From contig CABZHU010000001.1 of the NCBI GenBank assembly GCA_902525575.1, forward strand, positions 117,109-181,108: 64,000 bases of DNA, read 5' to 3'. Source of the stretch: an uncultured Pelagibacteraceae bacterium (GTDB lineage Bacteria > Pseudomonadota > Alphaproteobacteria > Pelagibacterales > AG-422-B15). Below, one piece after another: positions 1 through 9,789 of the stretch. Under the pieces are notes generated by a model. That model was not told the origin of the DNA. It did not search any database and worked only from the letters and a program-made list of their open reading frames with translations. Positions within the stretch are counted from its first letter, which is position 1. Every line of letters starts with the position of its first letter. The position numbers and the translations under genes were made by a program.

Positions 1-269
1 CAAATGAAACTTCAACCGAAGAGTTGCCGTATTTGGCTTTGACCTCAACTTATGGAGGCACAATTGCATCAAGAGAAATACTTGGAAAGAAAAAAGTTCA
101 GAGACCTGAAAATGCTCTTTATCAACTAAATTTCACTTCCTCAGAAAATCCAAAAGATTTACAATGGCAGACAGCTGGATCTGTTAAAATAGATTCAGAA
201 AATTATAATATTTTTCAAAATATATTTAACGCTACTACCTCAATACTCATTCAGGAAAGTGGATTTTAG
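1..269 (+). CDS. 3' end of an unidentified protein; the ORF is open to the window edge and the TTG at 24 is probably internal
   Basis: The reading frame is open from base 3 ([13 protein letters not shown]...) to the stop at 267-269. I recognise no motif. The gene converges on ureG and overlaps it by 4 nt. Confidence 0.35.
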   Translation, partial: NETSTEELPYLALTSTYGGTIASREILGKKKVQRPENALYQLNFTSSENPKDLQWQTAGSVKIDSENYNIFQNIFNATTSILIQESGF

Positions 270-886
270 TTTATTTCAAGACCGCCCTCAGTTTTGAGAA
301 ACTCAGCAACATTTTCTATACCCTTATTATTCTTCATTTCACCGAAAATATAAGGCATGCCTGATCGGGCAGTTTCAACATCTAATTTCATTTGATCCAA
401 ATCAACATTTACGTGATTTGCTAAATCGGTTTTATTGATAATTAGTAAATCAGATTTTTTTATTGCTGGCCCACCTTTACGAGGAATATCACCCCCCATT
501 CCAACATCAATCACATAGATTGATAAATCTACTAACTCTGGACTAAACGTTGCAGCCAAATTATCTCCACCTGACTCAATTAATAGCAATTGTAAATCAG
601 GAAATTTTTGTTTCATTTCCTCTACAGCCAAGAGGTTAATCGAGGCATCCTCTCGAATTGCGGTATGAGGGCATCCACCTGTTTCAACCCCTTTAATTCT
701 CTCTATTGGCAAAACTTGAGCTCTCATTAAATACTCGGCGTCTTCGATGGTGTAAATATCATTTGATATAACTGCCATTGAAATATTTTTAGATAAATTT
801 TTGCACAAAGCCTCAGTAAGACTTGTTTTACCAGCACCTACTGGACCGCCGATACCAATTTTTAAAGGACCTCGAAAATTATTCAT
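266..886 (-). CDS. ureG: Urease accessory protein UreG (GTPase)
   Basis: P-loop [16 protein letters not shown] and NKTDL motifs; about 200 aa; last gene of the ure cluster. Confidence 0.95.
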   Translation of the reverse strand: MNNFRGPLKIGIGGPVGAGKTSLTEALCKNLSKNISMAVISNDIYTIEDAEYLMRAQVLPIERIKGVETGGCPHTAIREDASINLLAVEEMKQKFPDLQLLLIESGGDNLAATFSPELVDLSIYVIDVGMGGDIPRKGGPAIKKSDLLIINKTDLANHVNVDLDQMKLDVETARSGMPYIFGEMKNNKGIENVAEFLKTEGGLEIN

Positions 887-1542
887 GTGACGTAAATTCT
901 GGATGTAAGATTTTCATGTTTCATACTGTAAATATCTGCACAAAACATGGAACTGCGTAAATCATCTAAGCTATAGTCTTTCATCGTATTATGGAAACTT
1001 TTCATCATTCCAAGAAATGACACCATACAATCTTGGCCATCTTTCTGGCTTAAAGGTATATGTTTAACGCACATATTAATTAAGTTTGAGATGAATGATT
1101 GAATATAAAAGTCAACCAAATCATCAAAGGCAATATGAAATTTAATTCCTGCTTGAGCAATACAGACTGGAAAAGCAGTCTCATTATTTATTGTATAGCC
1201 CCAACTCTCAGACATGATTTTTCTGAAGGCGTCACCCATTTTGAGTGTTTCAAGCTGACGTTCCTTGGATGAGCAACTTGCAAGCACTAATTCATTTACA
1301 TAAATTCCATCATAGGTAGCCTTGATAAAGATATACTCATTTCTGCATGTTCCCTCAAAGAGAATACTTTTAATAAATTCCAATACGTCATTTTTATTTT
1401 TGATAAGCTTATCATCAATTAAAGCCTCGAGACCATGCGAATATGCGTATGAACCAATAGGAAATGAAGACGAAAACCAAAGATGTAAAATTTGATGAGA
1501 TTTTAAATCTAATAAGTTTTTACTTTTAATGCTTGTGACCAT
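883..1542 (-). CDS. ureF: Urease accessory protein UreF
   Basis: [13 protein letters not shown] motif typical of UreF, and position between ureE and ureG. The track ORF starts at 1590, but the internal ATG at 1542 (MVTSIKS...) cuts the overlap with ureE from 65 to 17 nt. The exact start is uncertain. Confidence 0.85.
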   Translation of the reverse strand: MVTSIKSKNLLDLKSHQILHLWFSSSFPIGSYAYSHGLEALIDDKLIKNKNDVLEFIKSILFEGTCRNEYIFIKATYDGIYVNELVLASCSSKERQLETLKMGDAFRKIMSESWGYTINNETAFPVCIAQAGIKFHIAFDDLVDFYIQSFISNLINMCVKHIPLSQKDGQDCMVSFLGMMKSFHNTMKDYSLDDLRSSMFCADIYSMKHENLTSRIYVT

Positions 1543-1969
1543 GCGTTCTTCCCATACCGTAAGCCCCTCCTTCAGGATTAAATTGTTCAATCACAGATTT
1601 TGTCTGCCCCCCAAGTCTTCTCACCATATCCTCAATTATATGGTCACTTTGTATTAGAATTCTTGTAGCTTCAATCTGACAGGGGATATGTCTATTCCCA
1701 ATATGCCATATTAATTTATTTAAATCTTCTGACTTGATCTCAATTAAGTTTTCTTTTTTTGATTTTATAGTAATTAATTTTCCACTCTCAAGTTTGAACG
1801 CTTGATTACTCAGGACTGATCTCATCTCTTCAAGATCAACAAGAAATTCATGACCTTTGTCAGAAACTAACTTTTTGCGTCGCATGAATCTCTCCTCATA
1901 AGATAGCGAAATTGTATCAACCTCTTCAGAGGAATCACAGTTACTTAATATTAAATTACAAATTTCCAT
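1526..1969 (-). CDS. ureE: Urease accessory (Ni metallochaperone) protein UreE
   Basis: GNRH motif, His-rich C-terminus (GRTHGHKH), and position downstream of ureC. Confidence 0.9.
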   Translation of the reverse strand: MEICNLILSNCDSSEEVDTISLSYEERFMRRKKLVSDKGHEFLVDLEEMRSVLSNQAFKLESGKLITIKSKKENLIEIKSEDLNKLIWHIGNRHIPCQIEATRILIQSDHIIEDMVRRLGGQTKSVIEQFNPEGGAYGMGRTHGHKH

Positions 1970-1971
1970 AA

Positions 1972-3678
1972 TCAGTACATAAAATATCTTTGTGCCATTG
2001 GCAGTTCTTTAGCTGGTTCACATGTTATAATTTCTCCATTTGCCCTAACCTCATATGTTTCAGGATTTACATCTATAGTTGGACAAACATCATTTAAAAC
2101 CATATCTTTTTTTGAAATTGACCTTGTATTGCTTACCGGCAGCATGCTTTTTTGTATATTGAGATGATTAAGGCTGCCTGCCTCCAGAGAACTCTTGCTG
2201 ACAAAAGTTATCGATGAGCTTTCAAGCGATCTTCCATAACTTCCAAACATTGGGCGGGTATATACAGGTTGGGGAGTTGGAATCGATGCATTTGGATCGC
2301 CCATTTGTGCGCAGGCAATACTCCCACCCATTATTACAATCTCAGGCTTAACACCAAAGAAAGCTGGGTCCCAGATAACGATATCTGCTCTTTTATTTTT
2401 TTCGAGACTGCCAACATAGGAAGAAATTCCATGAGCAATTGACGGATTTATTGTATATTTTGCAAGGTATCGTTTGACTCTTAAATTGTCATTATCGCCT
2501 TGCTCTTCAGACAGTCTTCCTCGTTGGACTTTCATTTTATGAGCTGTTTGCCATGTTCTAATAATAACCTCACCAACACGTCCCATAGCTTGACTGTCAG
2601 ATGCGATGATTGAGAAAGCACCCATATCGTGTAATATGTCTTCAGCAGCCATCGTTTCTCTCCGTATTCTACTCTCAGCAAATGCTACGTCTTCAGGTAT
2701 TGATTTATCAAGGTGATGGCAAACCATCAGCATATCTAAATGCTCTTCAACAGTGTTAACAGTAAATGGTCGTGTCGGATTAGTTGAAGATGGCAAAACA
2801 TAGGGTTCACCGCAAATTTTTATTATATCAGGCGCGTGTCCACCACCTGCACCCTCAGTATGAAATGTATGAATGGTTCTTTTATTAATTGCATTTATTG
2901 TATTTTCTACAAAGCCACTTTCATTGAGCGTATCAGTATGTATCATGACCTGAACGTCGAATTTATCAGCAACATTTAAACAATTATCAATTGCACCAGG
3001 AGTAGAGCCCCAGTCCTCATGAAGTTTAAGAGCAGCTGCTCCACCAAGAACTTGTTCCTCTAAACCTGAAGGCAACGAAGAATTTCCTTTGCCTGCATAA
3101 GCTAAATTCATCGAGAAAGCATCAGATGATTGAAGCATTCTGCCGATGTGCCATGGCCCCGGCGTGCAAGTAGTTGCTAATGTTCCATGTGCAGGTCCAG
3201 TACCTCCACCCAGCATCGTAGTAATGCCAGAATGTAAGGCGTCATCAATTTGCTGAGGACATATGAAATGTATATGACTGTCAAAGCCGCCCGCCGTTAC
3301 AATTTTACCTTCACCCGCAATAACCTCAGTACCTGGACCAATTATAATATCCACACCGGGTTGTGTATCAGGGTTACCAGCTTTTCCAATATGGTCAATA
3401 TTTCCGTTCTTTAGTCCAATATCTGCTTTATATATCCCGGTGACATCTAGAATCAGAGCATTTGTAATAACTGTGTCTACGGCTCCATCACTTCTTGAAA
3501 CCTGAGACTGTCCCATGCCATCGCGAATAACTTTGCCGCCACCAAACTTAACTTCCTCACCATAGATTGTGAGGTCTTTTTCAACCTCTATGAAAAGTTC
3601 AGTATCTGCTAACCTTACTTTATCCCCTGTTGTGGGGCCATACATAGCTGCATAAGATTGTCTTGGAATTTTTTTCAT
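1972..3678 (-). CDS. ureC: Urease alpha subunit UreC
   Basis: 568 aa with the hallmark stretches [22 protein letters not shown] and DSQAMGR. Confidence 0.97.
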   Translation of the reverse strand: MKKIPRQSYAAMYGPTTGDKVRLADTELFIEVEKDLTIYGEEVKFGGGKVIRDGMGQSQVSRSDGAVDTVITNALILDVTGIYKADIGLKNGNIDHIGKAGNPDTQPGVDIIIGPGTEVIAGEGKIVTAGGFDSHIHFICPQQIDDALHSGITTMLGGGTGPAHGTLATTCTPGPWHIGRMLQSSDAFSMNLAYAGKGNSSLPSGLEEQVLGGAAALKLHEDWGSTPGAIDNCLNVADKFDVQVMIHTDTLNESGFVENTINAINKRTIHTFHTEGAGGGHAPDIIKICGEPYVLPSSTNPTRPFTVNTVEEHLDMLMVCHHLDKSIPEDVAFAESRIRRETMAAEDILHDMGAFSIIASDSQAMGRVGEVIIRTWQTAHKMKVQRGRLSEEQGDNDNLRVKRYLAKYTINPSIAHGISSYVGSLEKNKRADIVIWDPAFFGVKPEIVIMGGSIACAQMGDPNASIPTPQPVYTRPMFGSYGRSLESSSITFVSKSSLEAGSLNHLNIQKSMLPVSNTRSISKKDMVLNDVCPTIDVNPETYEVRANGEIITCEPAKELPMAQRYFMY

Positions 3679-3983
3679 TTAATTTTTCCCATGACTTTTT
3701 TATTAAACCCAAATATTTTTTTTAGTCCCTGTATTTCTATAAGCTCAACATCTCTTGTTTGCCCAGGTTCAAACCTTACTGCGGTTCCAGATGAAATGTT
3801 TAGTCTCATGCCTAAAGATTTCTCTCTATCAAATTCAAGACTTTCATTTACTTCAGCAAAATGATAGTGGCTACCGACTTGAATTGGACGATCACCAGTG
3901 TTGGAGACTTTCATTGTCAAACTCACTAAATCTTTATTTAAAATTATTTCACTGCCACTTGTAATTATTTCTCCTGGAATCAT
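3675..3983 (-). CDS. ureB: Urease beta subunit UreB
   Basis: 102 aa, MIPGEI... and [11 protein letters not shown]; 4-nt overlap with the ureC start. Confidence 0.95.
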   Translation of the reverse strand: MIPGEIITSGSEIILNKDLVSLTMKVSNTGDRPIQVGSHYHFAEVNESLEFDREKSLGMRLNISSGTAVRFEPGQTRDVELIEIQGLKKIFGFNKKVMGKIK

Positions 3984-3990
3984 ATAATTC

Positions 3991-4293
3991 TTACCTTATG
4001 GGTTTATGTACAGTGACTAACTTTGTTCCATCTGGAAAAGTTGCTTCTGTCTGCACTTCGGCAATCATTTCAGCAACTCCTTCCATACAGTCATCTTTTT
4101 TTAATACATGTGCTGCACTTTCCATTAATTCAGCTACAGATTTGCCGTCCCTTGCACCTTCAACAACATAATCAGAAATAATTGATACGGCTTCAGGGTA
4201 ATTTAATTTAACGCCACGGTCTAACCTCTTTCGAGCGACTATTGCAGCCATGCTGACCATCATTTTATCAATCTCTCTTGGAGAAAGCTTCAC
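3991..4293 (-). CDS. ureA: Urease gamma subunit UreA
   Basis: The (M)[11 protein letters not shown]... N-terminus is typical of UreA. I prefer the GTG at 4293, which gives 100 aa and forms a GTGA start/stop overlap with ureD, over the upstream GTG at 4305 used by the track. Confidence 0.93.
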   Translation of the reverse strand: MKLSPREIDKMMVSMAAIVARKRLDRGVKLNYPEAVSIISDYVVEGARDGKSVAELMESAAHVLKKDDCMEGVAEMIAEVQTEATFPDGTKLVTVHKPIR

Positions 4294-5114
4294 GCAGCAC
4301 CCCACATGTAAGGAATTTTACCATTCATCATGATTGATACGATATTTTTTGTAAATTTTTTTAAATAATAGTTATTAGATGAAATACTTCTTATTATTAT
4401 CTTACCATCCCACTCTGAAATACCAGTAGTTATACTTTTTTCATCATGTATATTATCTTTTAATACAGTATAAAATTTATTCACCTCTGAACCGAGTATT
4501 ATTATTGTATTAATTGCAATATTATCATTAAGCATAAATTTACTTTTCCGCATTCTTTTTATATTATCTTCAAAGCCATTGATTTCAAGGTGAGCAATTT
4601 TATTATCATTAAATATTTTCCATCGATCAGAGTAGTAACCTTTTTCAATCGTTTCATGCATTGCTGATCTTCCATAAACAACTGTTTCACAGAAAAATAA
4701 ATTTGAATTATTCAAAAGATTGATATCAATTTGACGTCTTAGGTTGCAGTTATCAAAGAGGATTGTTTCATTTGGTATCCAAAAAAGAGTACTGTTATCA
4801 ATGTTAATTGTATATTTAAGTTCAGCCGCATCTCCATATCCACTGTATACCTTCTCAGCAGCCTGACTTGTAGTGAGCATATGTGTATTGTGTAAATCTA
4901 TATTGATATTAAACTTATCTCCACTTGTTACACCCCCAGATGTATTAACTAAAACTATTTGAGACAAATTAGAGTAGGATTGAGGTAGTAAAGCTTTAAG
5001 GCATCCTTGCTGATATAATCTTTCAACATCATTATTTATAAACTCTGCATCAATTGTGCCTAAAGATTTTTGAAGATTTACTTTCATGAAATTATCATAG
5101 TGTTTTAATTTCAA
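4290..5114 (-). CDS. ureD: Urease accessory protein UreD
   Basis: Size, first position in the cluster, and a GGVTSGDK-type motif. The codon at 5114 is TTG. An ATG at 5087 (MKVNLQ...) is an equally plausible start. Confidence 0.8.
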   Translation of the reverse strand: MKLKHYDNFMKVNLQKSLGTIDAEFINNDVERLYQQGCLKALLPQSYSNLSQIVLVNTSGGVTSGDKFNINIDLHNTHMLTTSQAAEKVYSGYGDAAELKYTINIDNSTLFWIPNETILFDNCNLRRQIDINLLNNSNLFFCETVVYGRSAMHETIEKGYYSDRWKIFNDNKIAHLEINGFEDNIKRMRKSKFMLNDNIAINTIIILGSEVNKFYTVLKDNIHDEKSITTGISEWDGKIIIRSISSNNYYLKKFTKNIVSIMMNGKIPYMWGAA

Positions 5115-5273
5115 GTTGACAAATAATTGTCATTTATTTTTATCACTAAAATTACAGATACTAATTAGTAATATAAAAATTACGTTTAATTTTTTTTTTT
5201 GAAGATGTCATGTTGGCAAGTGTAAAGATTCGTATCACTAATTTTTTTAAGAAATTATGTAGCAGTTAAAAAA

Positions 5274-6554
5274 ATGAAAGGACGAATAATGATCAAGAAA
5301 ATTATAGTTGTTATGTCATTTTTCTTTTTTAGTATCACTGCGTATGCAGATACTATCAAAGTTGGCATATTACACTCGCTGTCGGGTACGATGGCAATCT
5401 CAGAGACAACGTTAAAAGATACAATGTTAATGTTGATTGATGAACAAAATGAAAAGGGCGGTATTCTCGGAAAAAAACTGGAAGCAGTAGTCGTTGATCC
5501 TGCTTCAGATTGGCCACTTTTTGCTGAAAAAGCTCGAGAACTAATAACTGTCAATGATGTTGATGTAATGTTTGGCTGCTGGACTTCTGTGTCTAGAAAG
5601 TCTGTATTACCCGTAATTGAAGAACTTAACGGATTACTTTTTTATCCAGTTCAATATGAGGGTGAAGAAAGCTCAAAAAATGTATTTTATACCGGAGCCG
5701 CTCCAAACCAACAAGCTATACCAGCTACTGATTACTATCTAGAAGAACTAGGCATTGAAAAGTTCGCATTACTTGGAACTGACTATGTTTATCCTAGAAC
5801 AACAAACAAAATTCTAAATCAATATTTAATTGATAAAGGAATTCCTGAATCTGATATTTTTGTAAATTACACACCTTTTGGTCACTCGGATTGGTCGAAA
5901 ATTGTTGCTGATGTTGTAGCACTTGGGGCTGATGGAAAGAAGGTAGGTGTTATTTCAACTATTAACGGTGATGCAAACATTGGATTTTATAAAGAACTTG
6001 CAGCTGCAGGCGTGAACGCTGAAGACATACCAGTTGTCGCGTTCTCAGTTGGTGAAGAGGAATTATCCGGACTTGATACAACAAATTTGGTTGGCCACCT
6101 AGCTGCGTGGAATTATTTTCAATCAGCTGAATCCGATTTAAATACAGCATTTATCAAAAACTGGAAAAGCACTATGGGGCCAGAAAGAGTTACTAATGAC
6201 CCGATGGAAGCGCACGTGATTGGATTTAACATGTATGTAAAAGCAGTGGAAAAAGCTGGAACTACTGATGTAGATGCAGTTAGAGAAGCTATGTATGGAA
6301 TTACAGTTCCAAATCTCACGGGTGGAACCGCTGAAATGCTCCCAAATCATCATCTCTCTAAACCTGTTTTAATAGGTGAGATCCTTGAGGATGGTCAGTT
6401 TGATATAATTAGCCAAACGACCGAGGTTCCAGGAGATGCGTGGACAGATCACTTAGTAGAGTCAGCTGTTTTAACATCAGATTGGCAAAGCTTAGGTTGT
6501 GGGATGTATAATACTTCGACCAGCAGCTGTGTTCAGTTAAAGTCTAACTACTAA
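5274..6554 (+). CDS. urtA: Urea ABC transporter substrate-binding protein UrtA
   Basis: GILHSLSGTMAISE motif, signal peptide, 426 aa, first gene of urtABCDE. An alternative ATG at 5289 is preceded by AGGA at good spacing. Confidence 0.93.
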   Translation: MKGRIMIKKIIVVMSFFFFSITAYADTIKVGILHSLSGTMAISETTLKDTMLMLIDEQNEKGGILGKKLEAVVVDPASDWPLFAEKARELITVNDVDVMFGCWTSVSRKSVLPVIEELNGLLFYPVQYEGEESSKNVFYTGAAPNQQAIPATDYYLEELGIEKFALLGTDYVYPRTTNKILNQYLIDKGIPESDIFVNYTPFGHSDWSKIVADVVALGADGKKVGVISTINGDANIGFYKELAAAGVNAEDIPVVAFSVGEEELSGLDTTNLVGHLAAWNYFQSAESDLNTAFIKNWKSTMGPERVTNDPMEAHVIGFNMYVKAVEKAGTTDVDAVREAMYGITVPNLTGGTAEMLPNHHLSKPVLIGEILEDGQFDIISQTTEVPGDAWTDHLVESAVLTSDWQSLGCGMYNTSTSSCVQLKSNY

Positions 6555-6567
6555 TTTTAACCCAAAT

Positions 6568-6609
6568 AAAACGCTGTAAAGAATAGTTAATATTCTTTAT
6601 GGCGTTTTT
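6568..6609 (+). terminator. Long hairpin plus T-run between urtA and urtB; a candidate partial terminator or mRNA-stabilising element
   Basis: AAAACGCTGTAAAGAATA (6568-6585) pairs with TATTCTTTATGGCGTTTT (6591-6608): 18 bp including 2 G.U pairs, loop GTTAA, and a right arm that runs into T5. Confidence 0.5.
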
Positions 6610-6614
6610 AAATT

Positions 6615-8627
6615 ATGAAAATAAAATTTTATATAATATTTCTGTATGCTTTTTTTATAAATCTACCAGCTATTGCTCACCATAATGAATTCAACATATT
6701 CTTAATAGAAAATTCAGAAAATATAATTAAGAGTTCAGCAAAAACTGTTGACTCTATATTAAGAGACGTACAAAGCTTTGATGATGAAATTGTTTCAAAG
6801 TTTTTAGAATTGTGGAAATCGAAGAGTCTCTACTATATAAAAGATACGAAACAAGTAGTTATAGTTAATGATAATAATGAGTCATTTGATGCGATAGAAA
6901 TAGATGGTTTTACTAGGATCGGCAATTACAGTAAAAAAGAAATTAAAAAAATTAAACCCAACAGTGGAGTAAGAGCAAAAATAGACTCTCTTTTAGTAAA
7001 ATACCAAATTTCTAATTCAGATATTAATGTAAGAAGAAAAAGCTTAGATAGCTTAAAAAGAAACATTCAGCCTGAACATTTGGCAGTGTTACAAGATGCT
7101 TACATAAATGAGTCAGACGCAGAACTAAAAACTGCTATCGATCGATTGCTTAAATTTGCAATTATTAAGTACTCTGACTCGAATGATAAAAAGTTAGAAA
7201 TAATCGAGTCTTTTAAAGGTGATACTGCGATCGAAATAAGAGCCTCTCTAAATCAACTCCTCAATTCTTCTGAAGTGAAAGTCGGTATCTCTCTTCCTGA
7301 TAATAAAAATATTGCTAGGGTAATTGTGCCTGGTTTTACAATCAAAAATAGTAATGGAACATCAGGTACAACTAATTTTTTTAATGAGGATGTTGAGATA
7401 TCAATTAATGATGCATATGACAAACTATATGCTAATAATCTAGTTTACAAAAAAAGGGTTACCCCAGAAGAATTAAAGAAAATATTAGAACAAAATACTA
7501 TCGGAGATACCATTGGAGGATATTCTATTAGTTCACTGGACAATGAACAATCTCGCATTGCTGCGTATAATAAATTAGTTGTAAATAATTTAGCACCTCC
7601 TTTTATTTCTGAAAATAAAATTAATGAAGAAGTAAACAAATTTATATTTTATTCGGTTTACAATGATACTTCTTCTGAAGTAACAAACGCTGCCCTAAAT
7701 ACTCTAGCTAGCATAAATTTTAGAGTTCAGATCTACAAATATATTGACTTATTTATTGACGGTTTAAGTCTTGCGTCAATCTATTTTCTTGGAGCAATTG
7801 GTTTAGCGATTACTTTTGGTGTAATGAGAGTAATTAATATGGCTCATGGTGAATTTATCATGATGGGTGCCTATACGGGGTATGTTGTTCAACAATTTAT
7901 AAGTAACCATACCCTATCACTTTTAGTTGCACTTCCCCTCGCATTTATAATTACATTTATTGCTGGAGTGATCATGGAAAGACTCGTTATACGTCATTTG
8001 TATCGTAAACCACTTGATACATTACTGGCCACTTTCGGGATCAGTATTGCATTACAACAAATTGCAAAAAATATTTTTGGAACACAAGCAAGACCACTTA
8101 CATCTCCATCTTGGCTTGATGGATCACTCAGTCTCAGCGACGATCTATCGATCAGTTATATAAGAATTGCGATATTTATTTTGAGTTTAATATTTCTTGG
8201 TTTGTTGCTCTTTGTAATGAATCGTACCAGACTTGGATTGGAGACTCGTGCAGTGACTCAAAATCCAGTAATGGCCTCCAATATGGGAATTAATCCTGAA
8301 AGAATAAATATGTTAACTTTTGGCTTTGGTTCAGGAATTGCAGGAATTGCAGGAATTGCTATTGGACTTTTTTCCAAGGTTACATCTGAGCTTGGTTCTG
8401 AATATATAGTTCAGAGCTTTATGACAGTGGTTGTTGGAGGAGTGGGCAACATATGGGGCACATTGGCGGGAGCTTCACTTATCGGTTTCCTTCAAAAATT
8501 TATAGAATGGTTCAATCCATCTAATACTCTCGCAGCGCAAACTTATATGATCATCTTTATTATTTTATTTATACAATTTAGACCAAAAGGGATAGTAGCC
8601 CTTAAAGGGAGAGCGGCCGATGACTAA
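6615..8627 (+). CDS. urtB: Urea ABC transporter permease UrtB with a long N-terminal extracytoplasmic extension
   Basis: The C-terminal ~300 aa is a LivH-type permease (MAHGEFIMMGAY...). Residues 1 to ~371 have a signal-like N-terminus followed by a hydrophilic region with no transmembrane segments. Confidence 0.9.
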   Translation: MKIKFYIIFLYAFFINLPAIAHHNEFNIFLIENSENIIKSSAKTVDSILRDVQSFDDEIVSKFLELWKSKSLYYIKDTKQVVIVNDNNESFDAIEIDGFTRIGNYSKKEIKKIKPNSGVRAKIDSLLVKYQISNSDINVRRKSLDSLKRNIQPEHLAVLQDAYINESDAELKTAIDRLLKFAIIKYSDSNDKKLEIIESFKGDTAIEIRASLNQLLNSSEVKVGISLPDNKNIARVIVPGFTIKNSNGTSGTTNFFNEDVEISINDAYDKLYANNLVYKKRVTPEELKKILEQNTIGDTIGGYSISSLDNEQSRIAAYNKLVVNNLAPPFISENKINEEVNKFIFYSVYNDTSSEVTNAALNTLASINFRVQIYKYIDLFIDGLSLASIYFLGAIGLAITFGVMRVINMAHGEFIMMGAYTGYVVQQFISNHTLSLLVALPLAFIITFIAGVIMERLVIRHLYRKPLDTLLATFGISIALQQIAKNIFGTQARPLTSPSWLDGSLSLSDDLSISYIRIAIFILSLIFLGLLLFVMNRTRLGLETRAVTQNPVMASNMGINPERINMLTFGFGSGIAGIAGIAIGLFSKVTSELGSEYIVQSFMTVVVGGVGNIWGTLAGASLIGFLQKFIEWFNPSNTLAAQTYMIIFIILFIQFRPKGIVALKGRAADD

Positions 8628-9789
8628 TTCAATAAATGATTTACTAGCTCGACACACATTAATTTTTACAATAGTTGTTGTTATATTTTCTCTGTTTATA
8701 ACTTTTTTTAGTGAACCCTACGGAAACGGATTAATATCTACTAGTTTTGTCAAAACTTTAGGCAAAACTGTTTGTCTATGCATAATTGCTCTGGCGATGG
8801 ACGTGGTATGGGGTTATTGCGGAATTCTCTCTTTAGGGCATTTCGCTTTTTTTGGACTTGGTGGTTACATGATTGGAATGTGGCTAATGTATGAGCGAAC
8901 AGCCATTATTGTTCAGGAGGCTGCCACTAATGAGTTGCTTCCGTTAACCGAAACTGAATTATCAAATGCCATTGGAAACCAGATTTTTGGAGTTGTCGGC
9001 GGCTATGACATACCATCCATATGGATGTTTGCAGATAGTCTTGGTTTACAATTGATTTTAGTTATTGCAGTACCTGGTATTCTTGCATTTATATTTGGGT
9101 GGCTTGCATTTAGGTCGAGAGTAACTGGAGTTTATCTCTCAATTTTAACTCAAGCATTAACTTTAGCTCTGTCACTATATTTATTTCAAAATGACAGTGG
9201 TCTCAGGGGCAATAACGGCCTATCCGGTTTGCAGAACATTCCAGGCATTGAGTATTTAGGACAAGAGATCATATCCATAGGGTTTTTTTGGGCAAGTTGT
9301 ATTTTTCTAATATTTATTTTTTTACTTTTTCATTCACTCATGAAAAGTAAGTTTGGATTAATTATTACATCAATAAGAGATAACGAAACACGAGTAAGAT
9401 TCTTAGGGTATAATGTCGAAATATATAAATTATTTATATTTGTGTTAACAGCAATAATCTCAAGTATTGCTGGTGCTCTTTATTACCCTCAAGCAGGTAT
9501 AATTAATCCTGCAGAGCTTGCGCCTATTGCATCGATCTATCTCGCTGTATGGGTTGCAATTGGAGGAAGAGGAAAATTGTATGGAGCAATCATTGGTGCC
9601 GCTTTTGTTTCATTATTTTCGTCATGGTTTACTGGTGGACAGGCACCAGATATTCCTTTGGGCATATTTACTATAGAATGGGTGAATTGGTGGACAGTTT
9701 TGTTAGGCTTTGGATTTGTAATAATCACAATTTTTAGTGAAAATGGAATAATTGGTTTTTTAAGAAATATATTTGTTAAGGAAAAATGA
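8620..9789 (+). CDS. urtC: Urea ABC transporter permease UrtC
   Basis: LivM-type permease with LSLGHFAFFGLGGY motif; 8-nt overlap with urtB. Confidence 0.92.
   Translation: MTNSINDLLARHTLIFTIVVVIFSLFITFFSEPYGNGLISTSFVKTLGKTVCLCIIALAMDVVWGYCGILSLGHFAFFGLGGYMIGMWLMYERTAIIVQEAATNELLPLTETELSNAIGNQIFGVVGGYDIPSIWMFADSLGLQLILVIAVPGILAFIFGWLAFRSRVTGVYLSILTQALTLALSLYLFQNDSGLRGNNGLSGLQNIPGIEYLGQEIISIGFFWASCIFLIFIFLLFHSLMKSKFGLIITSIRDNETRVRFLGYNVEIYKLFIFVLTAIISSIAGALYYPQAGIINPAELAPIASIYLAVWVAIGGRGKLYGAIIGAAFVSLFSSWFTGGQAPDIPLGIFTIEWVNWWTVLLGFGFVIITIFSENGIIGFLRNIFVKEK

Noticed and set aside
883-1590. The long version of ureF overlaps ureE by 65 nt, which could suggest a frameshift or a fused gene.
   Set aside because: An in-frame ATG at 1542 gives a normal-length UreF with only a 17-nt overlap. 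There is no sign of disruption.
3658-3964. Two plus-strand ORFs (3658-3864 and 3755-3964) inside ureB.
   Set aside because: They are antisense to a highly conserved urease subunit, and neither has start context or motifs.
5195-5225. A TGGCA-containing stretch (gatgtcatgttggcaagtgtaaag) in the ure/urt spacer that at first looked like a sigma-54 -24 element.
   Set aside because: There is no TTGC(A/T) -12 element at the required spacing downstream of the GG.
5255-5554. 99-aa minus-strand ORF across the urtA start and the ure/urt spacer.
   Set aside because: It is antisense to the urtA signal peptide and N-terminal region. It would also leave no room for the urtA promoter, and it has no motifs.
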